Positions 9,842-20,215 are shown, counted from the stretch's first letter. The stretch: 64,000 nucleotides of DNA from Candidatus Heimdallarchaeum endolithica (GCA_021513715.1 CP084167.1:1952001-2016000), one strand, 5' to 3'. Numbers and translations are program-made. Notes: generated by a model from the sequence alone, not told the origin.

Positions 9842-10404
9842 TTTTTAACATCCTCCTTTTCTTTCTTGATAATTGGAAACTCTAACGATTTTACAGAATA
9901 ATAGTTTACATCACCCAAACTATCAATTACTGCAAAAATTAAACTTAATCCCATATCATCTGCCCTTGATACTATTTTTTCAATTTGATCTATGTTAAAC
10001 ATTACTCCTTCAACAAAAGGGACAATTAAAGCATATTTAGTTTCCTTTTCTTTATTAGAAGAAGCTCCCCTTTCATACAAGGTAAAGAAGTTATGTGTCT
10101 TTTCATATTTTTTCACAACATATCCGCGTCCTCTTAAATCCTTGAACAACAGATAATAAACCAAAAACCCAGGAAATACTTTTGAGAAATAAGAAATTAA
10201 TTCTGGCAAAGATAATTCCTTGTCTAATTCATTAACAACAATTATCCGTTTTCTCTCCATCAACAAAACAGCTTCATAAGGTTCTAGGATAAGGTGGCCA
10301 TCGTCTGATAATTCACCATACCAACCTGTGCTGTAAAGATCGTTAGCTATTTTTGTATCATAAATCACTACTTGATTTCCAACTACTTTGGCATTGAAAG
10401 ACAT
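9838..10404 (-). CDS. endA: tRNA-splicing endonuclease subunit, probably non-catalytic (structural/beta type)
   Basis: EndA fold motifs (LEPYEA, DLRGRGYVVK, LYERG, AVIDSLGDVNYY); catalytic His and Lys are not conserved. Confidence 0.8.
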   Translation of the reverse strand: MSFNAKVVGNQVVIYDTKIANDLYSTGWYGELSDDGHLILEPYEAVLLMERKRIIVVNELDKELSLPELISYFSKVFPGFLVYYLLFKDLRGRGYVVKKYEKTHNFFTLYERGASSNKEKETKYALIVPFVEGVMFNIDQIEKIVSRADDMGLSLIFAVIDSLGDVNYYSVKSLEFPIIKKEKEDVKK

Positions 10405-10487
10405 TTTTATGTCAACAACGTAATGAAATAATTATTAAGTATTTATACATTCGACTAAATGAAGAAGCAAGGAAATTGTGAAGTTTA

Positions 10488-11324
10488 ATGAATATTAAGT
10501 TGAAACTCCAAGAAGAACTAAAGGAACTTATCCCTCCTAACTTAATTAACTTGATTCCTTCAAGTTATTCAGTAATAGGTAATATTGCAATTGTTCGATT
10601 CAACAGTAAAATACCAACAAAATATAAAAAAATAATCGCTACAAAGCTTTGTGAATTAGAAAACAGAGTAAGTACAGTTATTGAACAAAAAGATACAATC
10701 TCTATTTTTCGTAAACCAATTGTCAAACATCTTGCAGGCAAAAAAAATATGGTAACAGTTCATAAAGAATTTAATACTTTATTTGAAATTGATGTTTCAA
10801 GAATAACTTTTTCACCAGGAAATAAGCATGAAAGAAAACGGTTGATTAATATTGTTGAAGATGGAGAAACTATAGTTGATATGTTTGCGTGTATTGGAAA
10901 CTTATCGTTACCTACTGCTAAAAATCATGAAGGTATAAAGGTATTTGCTATTGAAAAGAACCAATACACCTATAATTATTTGAAAAGAAGTATTGAACTT
11001 AACAATTTAGCTGATCGATATTTTCCAATTCTTGGGGATAATAGAAAAAAAACCCCAAAAAACACAGCAAACAGAGTATTGATGGGATTTTTTGATATTG
11101 ATAAAGTACAATTAAAAAAAGCCATTGATGCGATTAAGGAAAGAGGATGGATACACCTTCATGATTTAATAAAACGTTCAGAGGACAGAGAAAATAAAAT
11201 TAGAACTCTCGAAGAAATAAGAAAGGAAGAAGAGTTTACAATAGAAGAAGTAAATACAAGAACAGTAAAAAAATTTTCACCAAGTAAAATACATTTATGT
11301 CACGATATTTTGATTAAAAAATAG
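10488..11324 (+). CDS. Trm5/Taw2-family SAM-dependent tRNA modification enzyme (likely Taw2)
   Basis: VIGNIA, FSPGNKHERKRL, VDMFACIG and ANRVLMG motifs. Confidence 0.8.
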   Translation: MNIKLKLQEELKELIPPNLINLIPSSYSVIGNIAIVRFNSKIPTKYKKIIATKLCELENRVSTVIEQKDTISIFRKPIVKHLAGKKNMVTVHKEFNTLFEIDVSRITFSPGNKHERKRLINIVEDGETIVDMFACIGNLSLPTAKNHEGIKVFAIEKNQYTYNYLKRSIELNNLADRYFPILGDNRKKTPKNTANRVLMGFFDIDKVQLKKAIDAIKERGWIHLHDLIKRSEDRENKIRTLEEIRKEEEFTIEEVNTRTVKKFSPSKIHLCHDILIKK

Positions 11325-11367
11325 GTAACATTTGATATGTAATAATACAGAAAAAGAACAAAATAAA

Positions 11368-12597
11368 CTATATTACATTTTCTTGAACATGTGTTCCAGG
11401 AGGAATTATACTACCAGCTGCTATTTTCCTACCAGGAAAGATCATTGAACTCACTCCAACTATACTATTATCACCAATTATTGCTCCAAGTTTAGTAAAA
11501 CCGGTATCAACCATATGCCCATTAACTTCCATCTTGATGGATTTAATGGGTGTTTCAGTATTTATGGTCATCACATTAGTTGAAAGGATAGTATTTTCGC
11601 CTACAACACTATCACCAACATAACATAACCTGTAGATTTTTGTACCAGAAAATAGTACTGAATTTTTAATTTCGCTCCCAAAGCCTATTAAAGAATTTGA
11701 ATCTATTGATGTATGATCTCTCAATAACACATTGTTACCGATGTATGTATTAGGTCCAATATACAATGGACCAATTAGAACAGTACCAGAGCTTATTATT
11801 GTATTTTCGTCTATGATAACCACATTTTTTAGCACAACATTAGATTCAATTGTAACATTACTTGCGATTCTTGATTCTGTAAGTTTAGATAAAAGCAAAC
11901 GATTTGCTTCAATAATGTTCCATGGCTTTCCAATATCAATCCACTCTTTTTCCCATATTGCAGCAATTACTTTGTCACCTTTCTTTATTCTTGCATTAAT
12001 TGATTTAGGGATGTTAGGCTGAGTTTCCAATTCATCAAATATAGTAGTCTTTAGAACAAAACACCCTGCATCTATATAGTTACTTTTTGTATCGGTTTCA
12101 GTAGCTAAACCTACAGATTTCACATATCCCTTATAATCTATTTCTACAACTCCGAAATTTCCAGTATCACCTTTCAATGTCAATGCCATTGCCATGTCTG
12201 CTTGAGTGTTTTCATATGCGTTTAGTGTTCTTTGAATTAAACCTTTCTCAGCTATTATATCACTAAACAAGAGAAGAAACTCATTATCATTAGCTAAGTA
12301 TTTTTTTGCTGCAAGAAAAGCTGATTTAATATCATTTTCTTTACTCTGTTTAGCATATGAAATTGACAATCCAAATTCTGAACCTTTTTTGAAATAATCC
12401 TTTATTTGCTCTCCTTTATAGCCTGTAACAATTAATATTTTTGTTACTCCTAGTGTCTTTAGCTCTTCAATTATATACTGTAAAATTGGTTTTCCTAGTA
12501 GTTTAATCATAGGTTTTGGTTTAGTTTGGGTTAGTGGAAATAGTTCTCTACCCTCTCCACCAGCAAGAATAACTGCTTTTAATTCTTTTTTTACCAT
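11368..12597 (-). CDS. GlmU-like sugar-phosphate nucleotidyltransferase with left-handed beta-helix
   Basis: AVILAGGEG...PLT..KPKPM; WIDIGKPW; hexapeptide repeats; KLGAIIGD. Confidence 0.85.
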   Translation of the reverse strand: MVKKELKAVILAGGEGRELFPLTQTKPKPMIKLLGKPILQYIIEELKTLGVTKILIVTGYKGEQIKDYFKKGSEFGLSISYAKQSKENDIKSAFLAAKKYLANDNEFLLLFSDIIAEKGLIQRTLNAYENTQADMAMALTLKGDTGNFGVVEIDYKGYVKSVGLATETDTKSNYIDAGCFVLKTTIFDELETQPNIPKSINARIKKGDKVIAAIWEKEWIDIGKPWNIIEANRLLLSKLTESRIASNVTIESNVVLKNVVIIDENTIISSGTVLIGPLYIGPNTYIGNNVLLRDHTSIDSNSLIGFGSEIKNSVLFSGTKIYRLCYVGDSVVGENTILSTNVMTINTETPIKSIKMEVNGHMVDTGFTKLGAIIGDNSIVGVSSMIFPGRKIAAGSIIPPGTHVQENVI

Positions 12598-12766
12598 ATT
12601 AGTTACTCCCTTATTTTTTATAATCACTACCTTTCTTTTATTTTTCTGTTGCTTAGATATCTTTTTACTGAATTTATCTCAAAAAAAGTTATATTTTTCT
12701 TCTTAAAAAGATTATGGAGCGAATGCAACTTTTATCTTTTTATATTAAGTTATAGGATATTTAACA

Positions 12767-14263
12767 ATGACAAGTATCTCGTGGAGTGGAAAAATATATA
12801 AAGGAGGAGCAAACTCCGGGTGGATTACCATTCCTTTAAATTTAAGAAAATATGTGAAATTGGAGCATTGGTATAATGTTCAGATAAATACAAAAAATAA
12901 AATAACTTTGAACACCACCCTATGCTTAAAAAAACTCAAATCTTCGTGGGGTTTTTACATTAAAAAGAGAATATGCGAGATAAATCAATTAATAGGTCAA
13001 AATGTTACAGTCATTATTTCTCCTTCTGAATTTTTTCAGAGGAAAATCTCGGCTTATAAAAGCATTCGTTTACCAAAAAGTATAGTTAAAATAAAAGGAA
13101 TAAAGAAATTTGACATATATGAAGTTGAAGTAGAAGTTTACTCAAGGACATATAGAGAGATAGTCTTAATATCAGTAATAGACCGTTCTACACGTACAAG
13201 TGCAGATGAGTATTATTTTACGCTGCGTTTGACAGATGTACACAAAGCAAAGGAGGCAAAAGTAAGACTATTAAGAAAAATTGAAAAAATAGATGCTTAT
13301 GAGAAAAAGAATTCAAAAAAGGAAATTTATCTTCCCAATCTCTTTCCTGAAGCAATAATAGGAAAAATAGATGATAGACAGATGATAATCTTTGATGGAA
13401 ATCATACTCCGGTAATAACTCCGATAATAATAAATATTGAAGAGTTCATCCATTATTTCGGTTGTTACCACGCAGACGGAACAAAATCAAGTTTTGGATG
13501 GAGTATAAATGCATCAACACCAGAACAAGCACATTACTATATCCTAACTTATAAAAAAATTGTACTCAATCCAAAGCTAAGTTTCGAGCTATCATACAGT
13601 AAAAAACCCTCAAACGTAGAAAATTACCTTATTACTACAGATATATTGATTAAATACTGGAAAAAGAATGCTTCAATTCAATTAAAAACTGACAAAATTA
13701 GGATTAAAGAAGCAAGATCAGAAAAAATAAAGAAATGGAATCCGTATGGAAGCATAAGGATACGTGATTTCCGGTCAATCGTTCTCAAGTTACATTTACG
13801 TATACATAACAAGATTCTAGATCATCTTAAAAATGAAATGAAGTTACAACAATTATGGCTATTTCTATTTGGAGTGCTAGAAGGAGATGGATATGTAGCA
13901 GGAGGAAAAAATCGTTTTGGGATTGGTTTTGCAACAAATATAGATGATAATATAATCAGTGAATTTCTCAATAAACTAAAAATAAAGTACACTATTGATG
14001 ATTCAAGGATTAAAAAAGGACTAGGAAAAGGTTTACAAATCAGGATTTGCTTAAATCAAGTGCTAAAAAATTTACCAGCAATATCTGAAAATATTTTCAA
14101 ATACTACCCAAAGCGAAGAATGATGTTTATCAAACGATTGATAAATAAGCCCAGTGTTAAAAAATTATTAGAATCAAATATCCATTTAGAAAATAAAGAT
14201 ACCAAAAAGGAATCGATTGAATGTCTACTTAAACTTAAAAAAGAATTAGAAAAAATTAAATAA
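12767..14263 (+). CDS. Free-standing double-LAGLIDADG endonuclease-like protein with N-terminal AbrB-like repeats
   Basis: YFGCYHADG and FLFGVLEGDG motifs; N-terminal GWITIP/SIRLPK swapped-hairpin-like units; no intein splice motifs. Confidence 0.7.
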   Translation: MTSISWSGKIYKGGANSGWITIPLNLRKYVKLEHWYNVQINTKNKITLNTTLCLKKLKSSWGFYIKKRICEINQLIGQNVTVIISPSEFFQRKISAYKSIRLPKSIVKIKGIKKFDIYEVEVEVYSRTYREIVLISVIDRSTRTSADEYYFTLRLTDVHKAKEAKVRLLRKIEKIDAYEKKNSKKEIYLPNLFPEAIIGKIDDRQMIIFDGNHTPVITPIIINIEEFIHYFGCYHADGTKSSFGWSINASTPEQAHYYILTYKKIVLNPKLSFELSYSKKPSNVENYLITTDILIKYWKKNASIQLKTDKIRIKEARSEKIKKWNPYGSIRIRDFRSIVLKLHLRIHNKILDHLKNEMKLQQLWLFLFGVLEGDGYVAGGKNRFGIGFATNIDDNIISEFLNKLKIKYTIDDSRIKKGLGKGLQIRICLNQVLKNLPAISENIFKYYPKRRMMFIKRLINKPSVKKLLESNIHLENKDTKKESIECLLKLKKELEKIK

Positions 14264-14269
14264 ATAAAC

Positions 14270-16096
14270 TTACAGTACTGTTACACTTTTAGCGAGGTTT
14301 CTTGGTTTGTCAGGCGAGTATCCTCTCTTTACTGCAGTATAATAAGCTAGCAATTGTAGGGGAACAACATATGGAATTGTTGAGAATATTTCAGAGTACC
14401 CTTGAGGAATTTTAAAACTCCAAGTTACAAGGTTTTTTATTTCATCATCATTTTCTTCAATAACACCGATAGTAGATGCGCCTCTAGCATTCATTTCCAT
14501 AATATTAGATTGAATCAGCCTATAGGTGTGATCCTTTGGTGCAATAAATACAACAGGAAAATCTTTTTCTACCAAGGCGATTGGACCATGTTTTGATTCT
14601 CCAGCTGGATATGATTCACAGTGAATGTAAGATATCTCTTTCATTTTCAAAGCTCCTTCATTTGCTGTTTGCACATTTATTCCACGCGCTAAATAAAAAC
14701 CACTTTTCTTTTTCGAAAACCAGTTAGCAACTGTTCTAGCTTGAACTTCATTGTTTGTAATAGTTGTTTTAACTATTTTTGGGAGCTGATTGAATTTTTT
14801 TCTGTGAGATTCATACTCTGTTTTATTAAAAGAACCACTTAAAAGCCCTAGTTCTAATCCTACATCCCAGTTAGCTATTGTTTGTGCAAGATATGTTTTT
14901 GTTGCTGCGACTCCAATCTCAGGCCCTGCGTGGAGATATATAACCTCATCTGAATATCTAGTAATTGTACTACCTACCACATTTACTATAGAGAGAATCG
15001 ATGCACCTTGTTCTTTAGCTTTTTTAATACCTAAAATTGTATCCATTGTTTCTCCAGATTGACTCACAGGAACTACAACTGTATTCTCATCAATTAAATT
15101 TAAAATTGATTCAAATTCAGAAGCAATTATTGACTGACTTAGTTTTTTATTAAATTTTCTTACTAAATACTCTCCAGTTAATGTTGAATAATATGCTGTT
15201 CCTGCAGCAACAAAAAAAATTCTTTCTGCTACATAAATTTTTTCAGCTACCTTTTTTACAGATTTTTGTTTCATTCGGACATAGTTATACAAAGAATTAG
15301 GTTGTTCATGGATTTCTTTTAACATAAAATGCGGATAACCTGCTTTTTGAGCCATTTCTGCTTTCCAAGAAACAGTATAGGGAGCACGTGTTATCTGTTC
15401 CATAGATATCAGATTAAAAATGTTATACCCATCACTTCTTATCTCTACAAACTCATTGTCGTGTAAGAGTACAACTTGTTGAGTTTGATCAAGAAATGCA
15501 GGAATGTCGCTAGCAACGAAGATTCTATTTGAATTCAAGCCTATTACTAATGGGCTGTCCTTTTTGGCACAATAAATTCTTTGAGGAGCATTCGTACTTA
15601 TTACACAAATTGCATATGTCCCTACTAGCTGTTTTATAGCCTTAATTACAGCTTCACGGAAACTCAAGTGCTCATTAACAAAAAAATCTTCAATCAAGTG
15701 ACTGATTACTTCTGTATCAGTCTCAGAACTGAATGTATGCCCCTTTTCTTTTAAATTACGTCTTAATTCCTGAAAATTTTCAATAATCCCATTATGAACA
15801 ACGGCTATTTTTCCATCGCAACTAACATGAGGATGAGCATTTATTTTTGAAGGTGGACCATGTGTAGCCCAACGTGTGTGTCCGATTGCAATCTTGCCAG
15901 ATATAGGGGCGATATCAATTTTTTCTATTACTTCATTTATTTTTCCTTTATCTTTTTGAATAATAAGTTTGTCATCTTCTATAATTGCAACCCCTAAACT
16001 ATCATATCCCCTATACTCCAATTTTTGAAGAGCATGGATAATTTCTTCACCGATTTTTGTCTCATTTTTTTGAATTATTCCTACAATTCCACACAT
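14270..16096 (-). CDS. glmS: Glutamine-fructose-6-phosphate transaminase
   Basis: MCGIVG, LEYRGYDS, GHTRWATHG, SQSGET and PRNLAKSVT motifs. Confidence 0.97.
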   Translation of the reverse strand: MCGIVGIIQKNETKIGEEIIHALQKLEYRGYDSLGVAIIEDDKLIIQKDKGKINEVIEKIDIAPISGKIAIGHTRWATHGPPSKINAHPHVSCDGKIAVVHNGIIENFQELRRNLKEKGHTFSSETDTEVISHLIEDFFVNEHLSFREAVIKAIKQLVGTYAICVISTNAPQRIYCAKKDSPLVIGLNSNRIFVASDIPAFLDQTQQVVLLHDNEFVEIRSDGYNIFNLISMEQITRAPYTVSWKAEMAQKAGYPHFMLKEIHEQPNSLYNYVRMKQKSVKKVAEKIYVAERIFFVAAGTAYYSTLTGEYLVRKFNKKLSQSIIASEFESILNLIDENTVVVPVSQSGETMDTILGIKKAKEQGASILSIVNVVGSTITRYSDEVIYLHAGPEIGVAATKTYLAQTIANWDVGLELGLLSGSFNKTEYESHRKKFNQLPKIVKTTITNNEVQARTVANWFSKKKSGFYLARGINVQTANEGALKMKEISYIHCESYPAGESKHGPIALVEKDFPVVFIAPKDHTYRLIQSNIMEMNARGASTIGVIEENDDEIKNLVTWSFKIPQGYSEIFSTIPYVVPLQLLAYYTAVKRGYSPDKPRNLAKSVTVL

Positions 16097-16185
16097 TTTT
16101 TTCCCTATTAAAGCAACATTAACTGTTTTTTACTCAAGAACAGTCAATTAATGTTATTCATAAAGGTTTCGCTATACAAATTAAG

Positions 16186-17204
16186 TGTATACTCCACTCA
16201 CATTGGTAACAAATAAATAGAAGTGGGTTACGTGGGTAAGTGATTAAATATGAATAAGACCGAACGTAACCTGGAGAAACTAAGAAAAATTGTAGTTAAA
16301 AAAGCTTTGGAAGGAGAGAAGATAAAAGAGATAGCTCACAAGTATATGGTGAGTAGGAAGTTTGTGTATAAGTGGTTGAAGAGGTTCAGAGAGAACCCTG
16401 AAGGAGAATGGTTGGTGGAAAGATAGATCCTCCAGACCAAAAACTATACACAGGAAAGTGGATGAGGAGTTAAAAGAGAGGATAAGGGAGTTAAGAATAA
16501 AACAAGGAATGAATGTGGAGAAGATAGCTTATTTGTTGAAGAGAGAAGGAAAAGCACTCTCTCAGACGACAGTGACGAAAGTAATAAAAGAGTTAGGTCT
16601 TCCTTTATGGGTCAATAGAAAAAAGAGGAAGAGACCTCGATACAAGAGTTTTGAACGTCAAAAACCTAACGAACTCTGGCAAATAGATGTGAAAGGACCA
16701 TTCTGGGTAGAAGAACAGGGACAACATCTCCATCTCATAACCTTGATAGACGACCACTCACGATTCTGTCTGGGAGCTAAATTCCACCCTTTTGCACCAA
16801 AAAAAGAGCAGATAATAAATCTACTAGAGGAAGCAATAAAAGAGTACGGTTACCCCGAGTCTATCCTCACGGACAATGGAGCACTCTTCTCTTCCGTTAG
16901 AGGAGGAACAAGTACCTTCTCCCGTTGGTGTCAAACAGAAGGAATAAAACACATCAGAGCTAGAGTTTTTCACCCCGAAACATGTGGAAAAGTAGAAAGA
17001 CTACATGGGACCCAACAATCATCCGTGAGATGGAAAGATTAGGTCTAAAATACTGCAACGTAGATCTCTCCTACTACCGCTCTTACTACAATTTTAGTCG
17101 TCCTCACCAATCTCTTAACTTCCTCACCCCAGGAGAAAGATTTATGAATCACCCCTATGTTTCTCTAGTACCCAAAAGTGTAACCCAAGTCTATTGAGTA
17201 AACA
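16186..17204 (+). mobile_element. IS481-family insertion sequence, second copy (1019 bp)
   Basis: Near-identical to 4740-5749 with the same IRs; 14-bp direct repeat CTATACAAATTAAG at 16172-16185 and 17205-17218. Confidence 0.93.
16250..17197 (+). pseudogene. Frameshifted IS481 transposase
   Basis: +4-bp insertion near 16410 and +5-bp insertion near 17012 relative to the intact copy; split into ORFs 16458-17042 and 16982-17197. Confidence 0.88.
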
Positions 17205-17213
17205 CTATACAAA

Positions 17214-18338
17214 TTAAGTATCCAATAATTTTTTGAAATTTTTTAATAAACCATGTTTCTTTGCTAAAGTCTTTTTTAGCAAATCGATTCCTGTAATAAC
17301 TGTGGGGTCAATTTCATTTAGAAATGCTAAATATAAGCTAATATAATCAATAACATAAGTTAAAGTTAGTTGATGAGCAATTTTTGATTTCCCAAGCGCA
17401 TAAAGTTCAACAATTTTTTCTGTTTTTTTAGACATTATTCTTTTAGTAACTTCCACCCTTGTCTTTATCTCAGGTTGCTCATTTGGTAATCTTAATAGAA
17501 CCACAGAAATGTGGTTCATCACTTTCAAACTATCCCAAATAACAATACCATTATGGTTACTTTCGGGTAGGTTCTCATAACATGAAAGAAGTTTACTATT
17601 CTCGTTCAGTTGGCATTTAGCTCTATAGGAAACAGAAGAACAGTAAGAATTACTAATGAAAATGGGGGTTGAATTATAAAGAAATAAAGAAAATTTCTTA
17701 GCTTGATTTTGACTACTAGATACTTCAGGAGATAATTGTTCAGATAGATCTTTTAACAAAACTACTGATTCATCTAAAGCTTCATCAATATTTTTTATTG
17801 AAAAAACTTTTTCTAACACTTTTAATAATGAAACATAAATTAGAGGAAATGCAGTTCTTGGAGGTTGCCCTTTCCTTAATATCACACAAGGGATTCCAAT
17901 TTTCGATGAATATTCGCCTAAGATCCCACCAGAGGATATTGTAACAATCATTGACTTTTTTTCCAAAGCTTGATAGAAACAAGAAATTGTTTCTTCTGTG
18001 TTTCCAGAGTAACTAATACATATGACAAGTGTTTTTTCATCAACAAACTTAGGAAGTGAGTAATTTTTGTTTACGATGATAGGGATGTTGATTTCGTCCA
18101 TAAATAAATCAGAGATATAATCTGCTACAATAGCAGAACCACCCATTCCACAAATCAGGATTTTTTCTGGTTTTTTATAATAAACAACTTGATTTTTCCA
18201 TGAATATTTTTCAGGAATAGAGAAATCTTGTATTTTCTTTCTTAATTCTGTTATTGTAGAAGCCCAAGTGGATATCAACATTAGTTGATCAGATTTATCT
18301 AATTTTCTTAGTACGTTTATATCATCTAAGTCAATCAT
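17214..18338 (-). CDS. Bifunctional phosphoglucose/phosphomannose isomerase
   Basis: CGMGGSA, SYSGNTEET, QPPRTA, QLNENSK and PESNHN motifs. Confidence 0.92.
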   Translation of the reverse strand: MIDLDDINVLRKLDKSDQLMLISTWASTITELRKKIQDFSIPEKYSWKNQVVYYKKPEKILICGMGGSAIVADYISDLFMDEINIPIIVNKNYSLPKFVDEKTLVICISYSGNTEETISCFYQALEKKSMIVTISSGGILGEYSSKIGIPCVILRKGQPPRTAFPLIYVSLLKVLEKVFSIKNIDEALDESVVLLKDLSEQLSPEVSSSQNQAKKFSLFLYNSTPIFISNSYCSSVSYRAKCQLNENSKLLSCYENLPESNHNGIVIWDSLKVMNHISVVLLRLPNEQPEIKTRVEVTKRIMSKKTEKIVELYALGKSKIAHQLTLTYVIDYISLYLAFLNEIDPTVITGIDLLKKTLAKKHGLLKNFKKLLDT

Positions 18339-18456
18339 TAAAATAGATAGGATATTGATTATTTTAAATACCTTTCTTTATCATTTCACATAAAGATAAA
18401 TCCGCAACTTCACTTCAAACAACAGTTTTTTAAATAAATTTTGTTTATGCTCAAAT

Positions 18457-18642
18457 ATGTCTAAAGTTCCATATCCTAAAACAAAATACTACAAAGTTAA
18501 GTGTGCATCATGTAATAATGAACAAATTGTGTTTGATTCTGTAAAATCGACTGTAAAGTGTAATGTTTGTGACGAGATTCTTGCTGAACCAAAAGGTGGT
18601 AAAGCACAAATTCTTGGTGAGATTATAGAACAATATTCTTAG
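18457..18642 (+). CDS. rps27e: 30S ribosomal protein eS27
   Basis: VKCASCNNEQIVF...CNVCDEILAEPKGGKA. Confidence 0.96.
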   Translation: MSKVPYPKTKYYKVKCASCNNEQIVFDSVKSTVKCNVCDEILAEPKGGKAQILGEIIEQYS

Positions 18643-18738
18643 ACTAAGAACCTCAAACCAGAACTTTCATTTTTATCTATGTAAATGAAACTAGTCTATT
18701 TTATCAAGAAAAGAAGGATTATTTAATTCTGAACAACA

Positions 18739-19356
18739 CTAAATTTCTACTTTTTCAGCGATATCATGAGCTATAAAACCATTAGCATTTTCTTTTGGTA
18801 ACTTACAGATATCCTCTTTTTTAAATGGACCATAAATTGATCCATCAACACCCACAATTTCATTTTTTACTTCTTTCGAAAATCTTACAACAATATACTC
18901 AATATTTGTTTCTTCTCTTGCGTTTACTTCTTTAACAACTTCGTCTTCAGGTTCATAAAAAGTGAATTCTTGAAAAATCAGTGCTTCACTAGGTCGCTCT
19001 AAACTTCTAACAAAGAATTTGTGCAGTTTCTGAAAGTTGGAATAAAAAGCATATTCTTCTTGGGCCAAGTTTACTTCAATCTTTTTGCCCTCAATAACTG
19101 CATTGACAATTTTTTTCGTCCTTATTTCAATAAGATCTCTTAAAACATAATTCAATCGATTAAATCGGGTATTTAATATTTTTTTTATGACTGGGTCAGA
19201 TTCTTTTTCAATAATTTCTGAAAATTTATTCTTTAAAATTTTGATATCAGAGAAGAAACTAGGCTTAATAGGAGTAATTTTCTTACTACTTTCTCTCTCC
19301 GTATGCCATACAGAATATAAATCGTCAATATATTGAAATTTAATTCTTGAAGACAT
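18739..19356 (-). CDS. DNA replication complex GINS subunit (Gins51/Gins15 type)
   Basis: Helical A domain (ERES...RTKKI...EE) plus C-terminal B domain VGVDGSIYGPFKKEDI..LPKENA; adjacent to PCNA. Confidence 0.82.
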   Translation of the reverse strand: MSSRIKFQYIDDLYSVWHTERESSKKITPIKPSFFSDIKILKNKFSEIIEKESDPVIKKILNTRFNRLNYVLRDLIEIRTKKIVNAVIEGKKIEVNLAQEEYAFYSNFQKLHKFFVRSLERPSEALIFQEFTFYEPEDEVVKEVNAREETNIEYIVVRFSKEVKNEIVGVDGSIYGPFKKEDICKLPKENANGFIAHDIAEKVEI

Positions 19357-19399
19357 TTTTAATTTCCAATTAGTTATATTTTCCCTCCCTCAATTATAA

Positions 19400-20215
19400 T
19401 TAGTAATCTTCGTCATCATATTCATAATCGTCTTCTTTTGCCACACTTTCAATTCTAGGGGCAAGCATATAATGCAAATAGCCTTTGTTTTCTAAATTGT
19501 ATTCCAAAATGATAGGCTTATTCGTTGCAAAACCAATAGTTAGTGTTTCAGAGGATCTAATACCCTTCATGAAATTATTTAAAAATTCAAGAGAGTAGGA
19601 AGATTCAGACTCTTCGATAATTTCAAAAGACTCTGCTTCTATTTCTTCACTTTCTGGCCCAACTACTGTTTCCATCTCATTAGAAAAACTTGTACAACTA
19701 AAGATTACTTTATCAGGAAGGGCATGTATTTTAAAATGATCACTTATCATCATCGAATCTTTCAACACTTGTTGAAAGAATGAAGCATCAATATTAAATT
19801 GCGCTGTTCTTAATATGTTCACTCTGTCAGGGGGTGGATTATCATCTTTAATATCAATCATTTTCAATGTAAAACTTCTTTCTCTGTTTTTTGCTTTAAA
19901 CACGATACGCAAGCGCTGTTCTTTTTCATCAAAATTCAAATTTAAAACTTCGTCCTTTTTTGCTGTTTTTATCATATTATTTAATGTCTCTAAGTTTAAA
20001 CCTAAAGAAAAAGTCTTGTCAACTTTAAATTCCTGGAAAGCTTCTTTTTTTAAAACAAAATCAAACATTGATATTCGTGTTGGATCAAAAGTTTTAATTT
20101 GAATATTATCGGTGTTGATGCTTAAAAAACATTCAGAAACAATTGAACTAATAATTGAAATATTACTAGCTAAAATTTTTGAATTTTCGTTATCAAGTTG
20201 TAATTCGAAACTCAT
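19400..20215 (-). CDS. pcn: DNA polymerase sliding clamp PCNA
   Basis: FDPTRISM, SYSLEFL, KPIILEY and YMLAPRIE motifs. Confidence 0.93.
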   Translation of the reverse strand: MSFELQLDNENSKILASNISIISSIVSECFLSINTDNIQIKTFDPTRISMFDFVLKKEAFQEFKVDKTFSLGLNLETLNNMIKTAKKDEVLNLNFDEKEQRLRIVFKAKNRERSFTLKMIDIKDDNPPPDRVNILRTAQFNIDASFFQQVLKDSMMISDHFKIHALPDKVIFSCTSFSNEMETVVGPESEEIEAESFEIIEESESSYSLEFLNNFMKGIRSSETLTIGFATNKPIILEYNLENKGYLHYMLAPRIESVAKEDDYEYDDEDY

